DNA of 64,000 bases, taken from the NCBI GenBank assembly GCA_965247095.1, contig OZ251997.1, positions 2,912,001 to 2,976,000 of the forward strand, written 5' to 3'. This DNA is from Candidatus Multivorans sp. Lineage in GTDB: Bacteria > Acidobacteriota > Thermoanaerobaculia > Multivoradales > Multivoraceae. Made by a program: the position numbers and the translations under genes. Below, one piece after another: positions 19,411 through 28,841 of this stretch (positions within the stretch are counted from its first letter, which is position 1; each line of letters opens with the position of its first letter). The notes below the pieces were generated by a model. That model did no database searches and was not told the DNA's origin. It saw only the letters and a list, made by a program, of their open reading frames with translations.

Positions 19411-21132
19411 GTGACCCCGGTTTCGGCCCACCGACCGGGGCACGTCGCGGTGCGTTTGCTGCTGCTCGGCGCGGCAGTTGTGTGGGTGCAGGGCGCCTTC
19501 CCGGGCCTTGCTGCGCCGGTTCGGGCGCAAGCGATCGATGCGTCGATCGATGTACTGGACTACCGCTTCGAGCTGGTGCTCTCCGATACCAGCGACGAGA
19601 TCGAGGGCCGGGCGGTGATCGGTTTCCGCCTCCTGCAGGCGGTCTCCGAGGTCGAGTTCGATCTGGATGACGTAGACGGCAGTAGCTACCTGGAGCATGG
19701 TGACGCGGCCCTGGAGAGCGGCGGCATGGAGGTGTCCTCCGTTGCCTACGTCGGCCCTCCCGGATCGGGCCGAGAGTTCGTCCCAACGGCGTCGTTCGAT
19801 CATGGGGACGATCGCCTGCGGGTCAGCCTCGGCGACGACGCCCGCGTCGGCGAGAAGCGACACCTCGAAGTCCGCTACCGCGGTGTGCCCGCCGACGGCC
19901 TGACGATCGGTAAGAACCGCCACGGCGACCGCACCTTCTTCGCCGACAACTGGCCGAATCGGGCCCACCACTGGCTGCCGGTGGTCGATCACCCGTCGGA
20001 CAAGGCGCTGGTCTCCTTCGCGGTCACCGCCCCGGCGCACTACCAGGTCGTCGCCACCGGCGCCTTCGTCGAAGCGGTCGATCTCGACGGCGGCCGGCGG
20101 CGGACCGAGTGGCGCAGCCGGGCGCCGGTCGCCACCAAGGTCATGGCGATCGGCGTCGCCCGCTTCGCCCGCGGCAGGGAAGCCACGGTCGACGGCGTGC
20201 CGGTCGAGACCTGGGTCTACCCGCAGGACCGCGAAGCCGGCTTGCGGGCGTTCGCGCCCGCCGCCCGGGTGGTGGGCACGTTCGAGCGGCGGCTGGGCGA
20301 GTACCCCTACGCCAAGCTCGCCAACGTGCAGACCACGACCCGCTGGGGCGGCCTGGAGAACGCGGGCAACGTGTTCTACGACGAGGACGCGGTCATCAGC
20401 GAGAACGGCATCGAGACCCTGATCGCCCACGAGGTCGCCCACCAGTGGTTCGGCGACGCGGTGACCGAGAGCGACTGGCCGCACGTCTGGTTGAGCGAGG
20501 GCTTTGCGACCTACCTCACCGCCTGCTACCTGGACTGGACGTACGGCCGCGAGCGCTTCCTGGGGCAGATGGACGCGGCGCGCGAACGGGTCCTCAGGTA
20601 CCTCGAGCAGGCGCCGGACTCGGTCATCGTTCCCGAGGCCGTGCCCGACCCGCGGCGTCTGCTCAGCCCGAACGTCTACCAGAAGGCCGCGTGGGTGCTG
20701 CACGCGCTCCGCGGCGAAGTCGGCGACGGCACCTTCTGGAGGGGCATGCGCACCTACTACCAGCGGTTCCGCGACCGCAACGCCTCCACCGCCGACTTCG
20801 CCGCCGTCATGGAGGAGGTGTCCGGCCGCCGGCTCGACTGGTTCTTCGACCAGTGGCTTCGCCGGCCCGGCGTGCCGGAACTCGAGATCGAGTGGAGCTA
20901 CGACGCCGCGGCGTCGGCGGTCGGCTTGCAGGTGCGGCAGCTTGGACCGACGATCTACCGGCTGCCTCTGGACGTGGAGGCCGTGCTCGCCGATGGCCGC
21001 ACCGTGCGCGGGCGGGTCGATGTCGAGGGTGAACTGACGACGGCGACCGTGGCAGTGCCGGAGCATCCGGCGCGCCTCCGGATCGACCCGGACGGCTGGC
21101 TGCTGATGCGGTACACGGTGGAGGAGAAGTGA
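19411..21132 (+). CDS. M1 family zinc aminopeptidase, exported
   Basis: GGLEN, HEVAHQWFG, WLSEGFATY and VYQKAAW; N-terminal signal peptide. Confidence 0.9.
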   Translation: MTPVSAHRPGHVAVRLLLLGAAVVWVQGAFPGLAAPVRAQAIDASIDVLDYRFELVLSDTSDEIEGRAVIGFRLLQAVSEVEFDLDDVDGSSYLEHGDAALESGGMEVSSVAYVGPPGSGREFVPTASFDHGDDRLRVSLGDDARVGEKRHLEVRYRGVPADGLTIGKNRHGDRTFFADNWPNRAHHWLPVVDHPSDKALVSFAVTAPAHYQVVATGAFVEAVDLDGGRRRTEWRSRAPVATKVMAIGVARFARGREATVDGVPVETWVYPQDREAGLRAFAPAARVVGTFERRLGEYPYAKLANVQTTTRWGGLENAGNVFYDEDAVISENGIETLIAHEVAHQWFGDAVTESDWPHVWLSEGFATYLTACYLDWTYGRERFLGQMDAARERVLRYLEQAPDSVIVPEAVPDPRRLLSPNVYQKAAWVLHALRGEVGDGTFWRGMRTYYQRFRDRNASTADFAAVMEEVSGRRLDWFFDQWLRRPGVPELEIEWSYDAAASAVGLQVRQLGPTIYRLPLDVEAVLADGRTVRGRVDVEGELTTATVAVPEHPARLRIDPDGWLLMRYTVEEK

Positions 21133-21430
21133 CCGGGCGGTTCCTGGGGGCCGCAGGCAGAGTCGGGGACACCTCGGGAGCCAGCCAACACTTCTGGTCT
21201 GGCGACCGATAGCCGATTGGCTATAGTCGCTGCATTCCGACATCAATCCGCAGACCGTCCACACCCTACCGCGAGCCGAAGTCATGTCGGCTCCGCGAGA
21301 TAGGCCGCACTGAGCCGATTCGTCCACATGTACTCCGGTTACGGAGCGCCTTGCGGCACCGCCGAGCTTCTGGTATTGCTCTGGCCATGGTGCTGGGGAC
21401 GCCCACACACAAGGTACAGGCGAAGTCGCA

Positions 21431-21814
21431 ATGCTGAGCCGCAGCCCAAACGCCAACACGATGACGCGGCCCGCCAAGAGAGACATCAACCACCGCTGGC
21501 GGGCCATCGCCGACGACCACGGGGATTGCACCGGCTTGCCGAGGCACCACTGCCATCGCGCGGGTACGCCCTCCGTGGACGGGGACGCCAGGAAGATCGA
21601 CGTTCACGCCGACACTGTGATCTCGCTGAAGTCGATGTTGAAGCGGCGCCTCTGCGGTACCCATGGCCGGGTGCGCTTCAGGCACGTACACCACAATGTG
21701 AACCGGTTTGCGGGGCGCGTGGGCATCCGCGACATCGACACCTCGAACACTTCGCCGAACTCACCGATAGCTTCCTCGGTAAGCGGCTCCGCTACAAAGG
21801 AACTCAGCAAGTGA
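21431..21814 (+). mobile_element. Degenerate IS1595-family (ISXO2-like) transposase remnant
   Basis: DDHGDCTGLPRH...SMLKRRLCGTH...HVHHNVNRFAGRVGIRDIDT and, after a frame change, GKRLRYK resemble IS1595 C-termini. No terminal inverted repeats identified. Confidence 0.55.
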
Positions 21815-22443
21815 AAAATGAATCTTTGGCCAACGACATTTCCGACTTCTTGGGGCATGAGAGGTTCGGTACGATTCTTGCCGATCCGCCTTGGCGCTTC
21901 GCCAATCGCACTGGCAAGATCGCGCCTGAGCATCGCCGCCTCTCGCGATACGGGACTCTCACCCTAGAGGACATCGCGGCACTGCCCGTAGCCGACTACG
22001 CTAGAGACCGGGCTCACTGCTACCTGTGGGTGCCGAATGCTCTCCTTCCGGACGGGCTCCGTGTACTCGAATCTTGGGGTTTTCAGTACAAGACCAATTT
22101 GATCTGGCACAAAGTCCGGAAAGACGGCGGATCGGATGGCCGAGGTGTCGGGTTCTACTTCCGCAACGTGACAGAGATCCTATTGTTCGGCGTCCGAGGC
22201 CGGAAGGTCCGGACGCTTGACCCCGGTCGGAGCCAAGTCAATTTGATTGCCAGCCGGAAGCGAGAGCACTCCCGCAAGCCGGACGAGCAATACGACCTGA
22301 TTGAGAGTTGTAGTTGGGGGCCTTACCTCGAGCTCTTCGGGCGCGGTACCAAGGCGAACTGGACGGTATGGGGAAACCAGGCAAAGGACTACACTCCTGA
22401 TTGGCCGACCTACAGCCACAACTCGGCTGCCGCATCTCCGTGA
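21811..22443 (+). CDS. MT-A70 family DNA adenine methyltransferase
   Basis: ILADPPW, CYLWVPN, GFYFRNVTE, HSRKP and YLELFGR; GTG start. Confidence 0.9.
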   Translation: MKNESLANDISDFLGHERFGTILADPPWRFANRTGKIAPEHRRLSRYGTLTLEDIAALPVADYARDRAHCYLWVPNALLPDGLRVLESWGFQYKTNLIWHKVRKDGGSDGRGVGFYFRNVTEILLFGVRGRKVRTLDPGRSQVNLIASRKREHSRKPDEQYDLIESCSWGPYLELFGRGTKANWTVWGNQAKDYTPDWPTYSHNSAAASP

Positions 22444-23189
22444 ACCTGTCCGATCTGGAGAGAATCGGCTTCAACGTAAGAACCGTCAACCACGCACTGG
22501 CCGTGCTCACGAACGACTTTTGTGGGCCGCTCGAGGAACTCTGTGCGTCGCTTGCTGCGATTCGCATCGAAGATGTCGAACTGATTCGAGGTGGCGGCGG
22601 TGAGTCCCAGCCGACGCAGCGTCTTCGGCGTGCTTTGGCGGCTCAAGGATGGGAGAAGCGGAAGATTCTCATTAGGAAGACAGTCGACGGCGAAGAACGT
22701 GCTGCGATTTCCCACGAAATCGACCATGTGCGTAGGGCTGCACAAGGAGTGGTGGCCCTGGAGATCGAATGGAACAACAAGGATCCCTTCTTCGATCGCG
22801 ATCTTGAGAACTTCCAACGGCTTCATAGCGAGGGTGCCATCAGCGTGGGCGTTATCGTGACGCGCGGAGACTCGCTACAGGATGGTCTAGTGAGCATCGT
22901 AGCTCGGTTCGCTGTCAATCACGAGGTCACGGGCTTCGAGGATCTTCGGGGATTCGGTGTGGACCCGACGGCCCGCCAGCGCCGCATGGTCAAGGACACT
23001 GGAGCCGCTTTCGTGGATGCTTGGGCACGCAAGTTCGTAGGCGACAAGTTCGGGAGGGCGACAACCCACTGGGAGAAGCTTCACCAGCGGATAGAGAGAG
23101 GCGTTGGCAATCCGTGCCCGTTGTTGCTGCTTGGGATACCGGCGGCGTCGGTCCACGAGGCGAGGGCTGCGAACGAAGGCGAAACATGA
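22440..23189 (+). CDS. BglII/BstYI-family type II restriction endonuclease
   Basis: SHEIDHV...VALEIEWNNKDPFFDRDLENF; GTGA overlap with the methyltransferase stop. Confidence 0.8.
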   Translation: MNLSDLERIGFNVRTVNHALAVLTNDFCGPLEELCASLAAIRIEDVELIRGGGGESQPTQRLRRALAAQGWEKRKILIRKTVDGEERAAISHEIDHVRRAAQGVVALEIEWNNKDPFFDRDLENFQRLHSEGAISVGVIVTRGDSLQDGLVSIVARFAVNHEVTGFEDLRGFGVDPTARQRRMVKDTGAAFVDAWARKFVGDKFGRATTHWEKLHQRIERGVGNPCPLLLLGIPAASVHEARAANEGET

Positions 23190-23337
23190 GTAGTCCAAGC
23201 GCCACTCACTCGGCCGACTGTCGGGCAGATTCGAGTTTCCGTCGACCCGCCGGCGGAAGCGGACCAAGGTGTCACCGCCAGCCGTGGAACGGACTGACGA
23301 CGTCAGCGCCAGCCCGGCAACCGCTGAAGGAGACACC

Positions 23338-23585
23338 ATGTGCAGGAAATCCACGTCCTCTAGAACTTCGAGCCGCCCGCGGGGCACCGAGGAAGTGCGA
23401 GCGGCGGCACTTCAGTACGTGGAGAAGGTCAACGGTTCGACCATGCTCGCGCGGAGGCGACGGCCTGGCTGTTCGAGGAACTCACGACGAACGCGCAGCC
23501 GCGCAGTCGGGAGCCGGGAGCGGAGAAGGCGAGGGACCGCTGGCGGCTGCGCGAGGAGCGGATCGCGGCAGCCGCGTCTGGCTAG
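23338..23585 (+). pseudogene. Degenerate copy of the DUF2277-like gene at 24697
   Basis: Aligns from ATG to TAG with 24697-24984 (EEVRAAALQYV.KV.GST is shared), with a frameshift and an internal deletion of about 40 nt. Confidence 0.85.
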
Positions 23586-24599
23586 CTAGTCCGCTCCCCG
23601 TCCTTCTGCCAGAACGCGCCGCCCCGCCGGAGTCAGGCGGTAGCGCTGGTTCCGCGCACTCGGCGCCTCGGGACTCGTCATCTCGACCAAGCCGCCACTC
23701 ATGGCGGGCCCGATGTATCCCTGCCGCAGCCACTTGCGGTCGCGCAAGCCCAGCGCATGGAGCAGTTCGCGCCCGGACATCTCGCCGTCGACTACGCGTA
23801 TGAGCCGCCTAACCTGGGGGGTAACCTGGGGTGATTCCTGGGGGGCGGTCTGCTCCACAGCGGCCAGGATCGCGTCCAGCATGAAGGCGATGAAGCGCGT
23901 GCTTTCGCCATCCGCGGAGCTGAGTTCAATCGCCTCGTAGTACTGGCCCTGACGGGCGCGCACGACGCTTTCCACCGGCACGTGGGCGAACAGCGGCTTC
24001 CAGCGGGTGAGGATCAGGGTCTGCCAGAGTCGCCCGAGGCGACCGTTGCCGTCCTCGAAGGGGTGGATGAACTCGAACTCGTAGTGGAACACGGAACTGG
24101 CGATGAGCGGATGTTCCTCCGAATCTTGCAGCCAGCCGAGAAGGTCGGCCATCAGCCCCGGCACGCGGCCGGCCGGTGGACCGATGTGGTGGACGCCGTC
24201 GGGACCGATTACGCCCACCGCGCCGGCGCGGTACCGGCCCGGCGCCTCCACCAGCCCGGTCATCAGGATCTCGTGGGCCGTCAGCAGGTCGGCCTCGCTC
24301 GACGGCGCCCAGCGATCGAGGAGGTCGTAGGCCGCAATCGCGTTCCGCACCTCCTGGATGTCCTTCGGTGGCGCCACGACCCGCTTGCCGTCGAGGATCG
24401 CAGAGACTTGCTCTTCCGACAGCACGTTGCCTTCGATCGCCACGGAACCGTGCACCGTGCGAACGCGGGCCTCACGCCGCAACCGCAGGTCCAGCCCCAG
24501 TCCTGCGGCCTCGGCTCGACCGACCGCTTCGCCGACCTGTTCCACCTGGGACAGGATTGCGGACGTGATCGAGAAAGGCGGAGGCGTCACTGCGCTCAT
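23586..24599 (-). CDS. Fic family protein
   Basis: HPFEDGNGRLGR Fic motif, GSVAIEGN and a C-terminal HTH-like region. Confidence 0.9.
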   Translation of the reverse strand: MSAVTPPPFSITSAILSQVEQVGEAVGRAEAAGLGLDLRLRREARVRTVHGSVAIEGNVLSEEQVSAILDGKRVVAPPKDIQEVRNAIAAYDLLDRWAPSSEADLLTAHEILMTGLVEAPGRYRAGAVGVIGPDGVHHIGPPAGRVPGLMADLLGWLQDSEEHPLIASSVFHYEFEFIHPFEDGNGRLGRLWQTLILTRWKPLFAHVPVESVVRARQGQYYEAIELSSADGESTRFIAFMLDAILAAVEQTAPQESPQVTPQVRRLIRVVDGEMSGRELLHALGLRDRKWLRQGYIGPAMSGGLVEMTSPEAPSARNQRYRLTPAGRRVLAEGRGAD

Positions 24600-24696
24600 G
24601 ACCCGAACTTTGGCACAGCACCCGCCGCGCACGAGATCCAAGCGCCGATCAATACCCGGCCCCGATACGATCCGGTGGACCGATGGAGGAAGACCC

Positions 24697-24984
24697 ATGT
24701 GCAGAAACATCCGCGTCCTCTACAACTTCGAGCCGCCCGCCAACAGTGAAGAAGTACGCGCGGCGGCGCTCCAGTACGTGCGCAAGGTCAGCGGTTCGAC
24801 CAAACCGTCACGCGCCAACGCGGCTGCCTTCGAGCAGGCTGTGGATGCCGTCGCGGAGGCGACCGCACGGCTGCTCGAGGAACTGACCACCACCGCGCCG
24901 GCCCGCGACCGCGAGGTCGAGGCGGAGAAGGCCCGCGAGCGCTGGCGGCAGCGCCAGCAGCGAATGGCCGCGGCTTCGGGCTAG
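24697..24984 (+). CDS. DUF2277-like small protein
   Basis: MCRNIRVLYNFEPPA..EEVRAAALQYVRKVSG; GGAGG RBS. Confidence 0.85.
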   Translation: MCRNIRVLYNFEPPANSEEVRAAALQYVRKVSGSTKPSRANAAAFEQAVDAVAEATARLLEELTTTAPARDREVEAEKARERWRQRQQRMAAASG

Positions 24985-26252
24985 GCGCCGGCGGCCGCCG
25001 ACTCCGCCCGCATCACGTCGTCGTAGTAGTCGATGACCCGGCGCACGTAGGCGCGCTTCTCGAGGTAGCTGCCGGGGTAGAAGCTGCGCTTGAAGCCGTA
25101 GATGATCACGTTGCGGAGGTCGTCCTGAGACAGGTTGAAGGCCTTGCAGGCGGAGGCGATCTCGTTGGTCACCGTGGTGCGGGACATCAGCCGGTTGTCG
25201 GTGCAGAGGGTGACGGAGAGCCGGTCCTTGACCATCCGTCCGAAGGGGTGGTCGGCGAACTTGCGTAGGTGCTGGATGCTCTGCAGGTTCGAAGTGATGC
25301 AGACCTCGAGGGTGATGCGCCGGTCGCTGATGTACTGCGTCAGGTTGCGGATGTAGCGCTCGGGATCCTTCGTCGCCGTCGAGTTCGGGTTGTCGCGGCG
25401 TAGCCGGTCCACGTCGTAGAGATGCGTACCGTGGCCGATTCGGTCGGCGCCGAGCAGTGTGATGGCCTGGTAGATGCTCTCCGGCCCGTAGGCCTCGCCG
25501 GCGTGGACTGTCTTCATCAGGAAGTTCTGCTGCGCGAACAGGTAGGCGTCGCGATGGAGCGAAGCCGGATTGCCGGCTTCGGCGCCAGCCAGATCGAAAG
25601 CCACGATCGGCAGTCCGAGGCGGTCGCGCGCCTCGACCACCGCTCGGGCCAGCGACAGCGACGCCGCGGCGTGGACCTCCGGCTGCGTGAACCCCTGAAG
25701 GGCCGAGTACAGCCCGTGGTAGTAGGGGCTGTGCCCGGGGCCGAACATCCGCAGCGCGCAGGCGATGATCCCGTAGCGGAAGGGCGGTTCGGCGCCGCTC
25801 TTGACGCCGTCTGTGGCCTCATGCTCCTGTCGCACGCGGTTCAGGCCGCGGTCCACGGCCGCCAGCACGCCGGCCGTGTCGAGGTCCGGGCCGGTATGCA
25901 GTTGAGGCGCCAGCCGGACCTCGACGTAGCACACGCCCTCGGCCAGGTTGTCGACGCCGAGTTCGTAGGCCGTGCGTTCCAGCGCCTCGGCCGCGCACAG
26001 GGCCGGCGAGGTGTAGGAGAAGGCGCGGAGGTAGTCCTCCAGGTCGTCGTAGGTCTCCTTGAAGACGAGTTCCAGCAGGCCTTCCGGGGTCTGGGAAGGA
26101 AGCTCCAGACCGGCGTCGCGCGCCAGCTCGATCAGCGTGTCGAGCCGGAGGGAGCCGTCGAGGTGGACGTGGACATCGGTCTTCGGCAGCCTGCCGATCA
26201 GGTCGGCAGAGGGGACGGGTCCGTTCGGGTCAGTATGATTCGCGGTCTGCAT
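24981..26252 (-). CDS. add: Adenosine deaminase family protein
   Basis: LPKTDVHVHLDGS, DLAGAE, TVHAGE, RIGHG, EVCITSN and TDN. Confidence 0.88.
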   Translation of the reverse strand: MQTANHTDPNGPVPSADLIGRLPKTDVHVHLDGSLRLDTLIELARDAGLELPSQTPEGLLELVFKETYDDLEDYLRAFSYTSPALCAAEALERTAYELGVDNLAEGVCYVEVRLAPQLHTGPDLDTAGVLAAVDRGLNRVRQEHEATDGVKSGAEPPFRYGIIACALRMFGPGHSPYYHGLYSALQGFTQPEVHAAASLSLARAVVEARDRLGLPIVAFDLAGAEAGNPASLHRDAYLFAQQNFLMKTVHAGEAYGPESIYQAITLLGADRIGHGTHLYDVDRLRRDNPNSTATKDPERYIRNLTQYISDRRITLEVCITSNLQSIQHLRKFADHPFGRMVKDRLSVTLCTDNRLMSRTTVTNEIASACKAFNLSQDDLRNVIIYGFKRSFYPGSYLEKRAYVRRVIDYYDDVMRAESAAAGA

Positions 26253-26305
26253 AGCGCAGTGTACAGGCACCTGTGGATTGGCGACTCTTGTCAGGGAGCG
26301 AGACG

Positions 26306-26428
26306 ATGACGACGACCAGACGTTCCTTTCTTGGTGGCATGAGCAGTCTCGGAGCAGTGCTGCGCGCCGAGTACCACAACGGCTGGCAACTCCCGCAGGT
26401 CACGGGCGCCGAGGCTTCGGCCGGCTGA
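26306..26428 (+). pseudogene. 40-aa stub: Tat signal joined to a Gfo/Idh/MocA-like C-terminus
   Basis: AGGGAG RBS, then MTTTRRSFLGGMSSLGAVLRAEYHNGWQLPQVTGAEASAG*. Confidence 0.5.
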
Positions 26429-26444
26429 TTCGCGAGTTGCCACC

Positions 26445-27347
26445 CTGACCCTGCTCGAAGACTGCCGGCTTGGCGCCGCGACCATCCTGTTCGGCGAAGG
26501 CTCCGGCAAGTACCCCGACAACAACGCCCTGCTGGTGGAGGGCGCTGAGTCGACGATGCTGATCGACCCTTCGCTCGGCGTGCGCGCCCGCGGCCGGAGC
26601 GCCCTGCCCGCCGTCGACCTCGTGCTGCTCAGCCACTGCCACGAGGACCACACCGCGGCGCTGCCTCTGTTTCCGGACGCGCCGGTACACGTCCACGAGG
26701 AGGACCTGTGCGGCCTCCTCGACTTCGACGGGTTTCTGGGCATCTTCGGCGTCGAACCGGAGCGCCGCGAGGAGTACGGCCGGCACCTGCAGACCACGTT
26801 CTTCTACGAGCCCCGGCCCGACGCCGTCCCTTTCCGCGACGGCGATCTGTTCGACCTCGGCGGCGGCGTGTCGGTGCGGGTGATCCACACCCCGGGCCAT
26901 ACTCGGGGCCACTGCTGCTTCCTGATCGAGCCCGACGGCATCCTGTTCCTGGCCGACATCGACCTGACCGGCTTCGGCCCGTACTACGGGGACGACTGGT
27001 CGGACCTTGCCGCCTTCGAGCGTTCGCTCGACCTGGTGCGCGGCATCGAAGCGGCGCACTACGCCACCGGCCATCACATCGGTCTGCTCGAGGACCGGGC
27101 CGCCTACCTGGGCCGTCTCGAGCGCTACGGCGATCGCATCCGCGATCGCGAACGGCGCTTGCTCGAGTACCTGGGGCAACCGCGGACGATGGACGAGATC
27201 ACGGACCACCGCTTCGTCTACCGTCCTCAGGACGCGGGCGCCGGGATCCCGAAGGTCGAGCGACGGAGCATGCAGCTCCACTTGGACCGGCTGCAGCAGG
27301 GCGGCCGGGTCGAGCGCAGTGGAGAGACGTATCGGGCGCTGCGTTAG
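26445..27347 (+). CDS. MBL-fold metallo-hydrolase
   Basis: SHCHEDH, HTPGHT, FLADID and TGH. The frame is open upstream of GTG 26535 (ILFGEGSGKYPDNNALLV), so the start may be CTG 26445. Confidence 0.85.
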   Translation: MTLLEDCRLGAATILFGEGSGKYPDNNALLVEGAESTMLIDPSLGVRARGRSALPAVDLVLLSHCHEDHTAALPLFPDAPVHVHEEDLCGLLDFDGFLGIFGVEPERREEYGRHLQTTFFYEPRPDAVPFRDGDLFDLGGGVSVRVIHTPGHTRGHCCFLIEPDGILFLADIDLTGFGPYYGDDWSDLAAFERSLDLVRGIEAAHYATGHHIGLLEDRAAYLGRLERYGDRIRDRERRLLEYLGQPRTMDEITDHRFVYRPQDAGAGIPKVERRSMQLHLDRLQQGGRVERSGETYRALR

Positions 27348-27382
27348 CATTCCTGGCCAGGGAATCGCCGAGGAGGCCATTG

Positions 27383-27979
27383 ATGAAGGTTGGGGTCGGT
27401 TGGTTCGGTTTGCCGGCGTTGTTGATGGCTGGAACTCTGGCCGCGGCGCCGCTGCCGGGTGAGGCCGGTGACGCCGGGCCGGTCGCCGAACGGCTCCTCG
27501 ATCCGGACGACATCTACCCGGTGACCTCGGACCAGTTCCAGGGCATCCTGGATCACCATCGCGGCAAGGTGGTCATGGTCAACATCTGGGCTACCTGGTG
27601 TAAACCCTGCCTGGATGAACTGCCAGCCCTGAACGATCTGCAGAAGAACTACCGCGAGCGCGGTCTGCGGGTGCTCGCGGTCTCCGCGGACGATCCCAGG
27701 AAGATGAAGAAGATCCGGGAGTGCTTCAAGGAGCGCGCCCCCGATCTCACGTCCTACGTGGCGGTCGGGCCGCCGCCCGAGCAGGGGCGCAAGGGGAAGA
27801 AGCAGCGGTGGGAAGACTCGAGGAAGTTCATCCGCGCCTTGTACGAGGACTGGCCGTCCAAGTTCCCGACCACGTTGATCTTCGATGCGGAGGGCGAACT
27901 CAAAGAGACCGTGATCGGCGCGCGGAGCCACTTCCAGTTCGCGCTGCTGCTGGAAAGGATGTGGGGAGCCGACTTCTGA
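27383..27979 (+). CDS. TlpA-family thiol-disulfide oxidoreductase
   Basis: GKVVMVNIWATWCKPC, FPTT and a signal peptide. Confidence 0.88.
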   Translation: MKVGVGWFGLPALLMAGTLAAAPLPGEAGDAGPVAERLLDPDDIYPVTSDQFQGILDHHRGKVVMVNIWATWCKPCLDELPALNDLQKNYRERGLRVLAVSADDPRKMKKIRECFKERAPDLTSYVAVGPPPEQGRKGKKQRWEDSRKFIRALYEDWPSKFPTTLIFDAEGELKETVIGARSHFQFALLLERMWGADF

Positions 27980-28080
27980 CGCCGAAGCCCTGGCCTGTTG
28001 GCGGCGGGTCTATACTGCCAGTCAGGTTCCGTACCGGCTCCTTTCGGGGTCGGTCGCTGCGCCGGAAACAGGAGGTTCGA

Positions 28081-28647
28081 TTGTCCGTCAAGAGAGTGGC
28101 CCCGACCTGGGTCTGGGCTTCGGTTCTGATTGCGGCCTTGCTTGCCGTTGCGCTGCCCGCGATCGCGGACGACGCGGCATCGGCGGAGCATCTGCTCGAA
28201 CCGGACACGATCCACCCCGCGACCGCGGAGCAATTCCGGACGGTACTCGAGCACCACCGGGGCAAGGTGGTGATCGTCAACTACTGGGCCACCTGGTGCA
28301 TCCCCTGCCTGCAGGAACTGCCCGAGCTCGACCTGCTGCAGGAGCGCTACGGCGACCGCGGCCTGAAGGTGATTGCCGTCTCGTTGGACGATCCGGAGAA
28401 GCTCGAGGACCGGGTGCGGCCGTTCTTCGCCAAGCGAGCGCCCGGCCTGGTCTCCTACCTCGCCACCGCCGGCGACAACTCGGTGGACTTCGTCACCTCG
28501 TTCGATCCCGAGTGGCCCGGGGCTCTGCCGACCACGATGTTCTTCGATCGCAGTGGCGAACTGACCAACATCCATCTCGGACGGATGCTGTACGCGGAGT
28601 TCGAAGAGGCGGTGCTCGAGTTGCTTGAGGCCGACGGGGGATCCTGA
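28081..28647 (+). CDS. TlpA-family thiol-disulfide oxidoreductase (tandem paralogue)
   Basis: GKVVIVNYWATWCIPC and LPTT; TTG start after GGAGG. Confidence 0.88.
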   Translation: MSVKRVAPTWVWASVLIAALLAVALPAIADDAASAEHLLEPDTIHPATAEQFRTVLEHHRGKVVIVNYWATWCIPCLQELPELDLLQERYGDRGLKVIAVSLDDPEKLEDRVRPFFAKRAPGLVSYLATAGDNSVDFVTSFDPEWPGALPTTMFFDRSGELTNIHLGRMLYAEFEEAVLELLEADGGS

Positions 28648-28700
28648 TCCGGGTCGAGCGAGCCCGCACGGTGTCTCGCCGACATCGGCAACCCTACAGA

Positions 28701-28746
28701 AACGTGGGCATCCTGCCCGCTCACCGAACGTGGCATCCTGCCCGCA
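28701..28746. repeat. Two tandem REP-like palindromes
   Basis: aacgtgggcatcctgcccgc and aacgtggcatcctgcccgc; the first matches the reverse complement of the gcgggcaagatgcccgcgtt unit within 43324-43414 at 18/20 nt. Confidence 0.7.
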
Positions 28747-28841
28747 CCCGGCCTTGCCGGGCGAGAGCCCGGAAGCTGCGGACTGCTTCCCGGTGTTGTC
28801 GGTTTTGGGCGCCGAGACAGAGGCGCTTAGGAGGGACGCGA

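Noticed and set aside
21200-21232. Hairpin as a terminal inverted repeat of the IS1595-like remnant
   Set aside because: No matching partner was found near 23190-23330.
21328-21810. Long N-terminal extension of the MT-A70 methyltransferase
   Set aside because: It reads through the transposase remnant; family motifs begin after GTG 21811.
24981-26252. Adenosine deaminase acting on adenosylhopane
   Set aside because: It lies about 6 kb from shc on the opposite strand with unrelated genes between; there is no sequence support.
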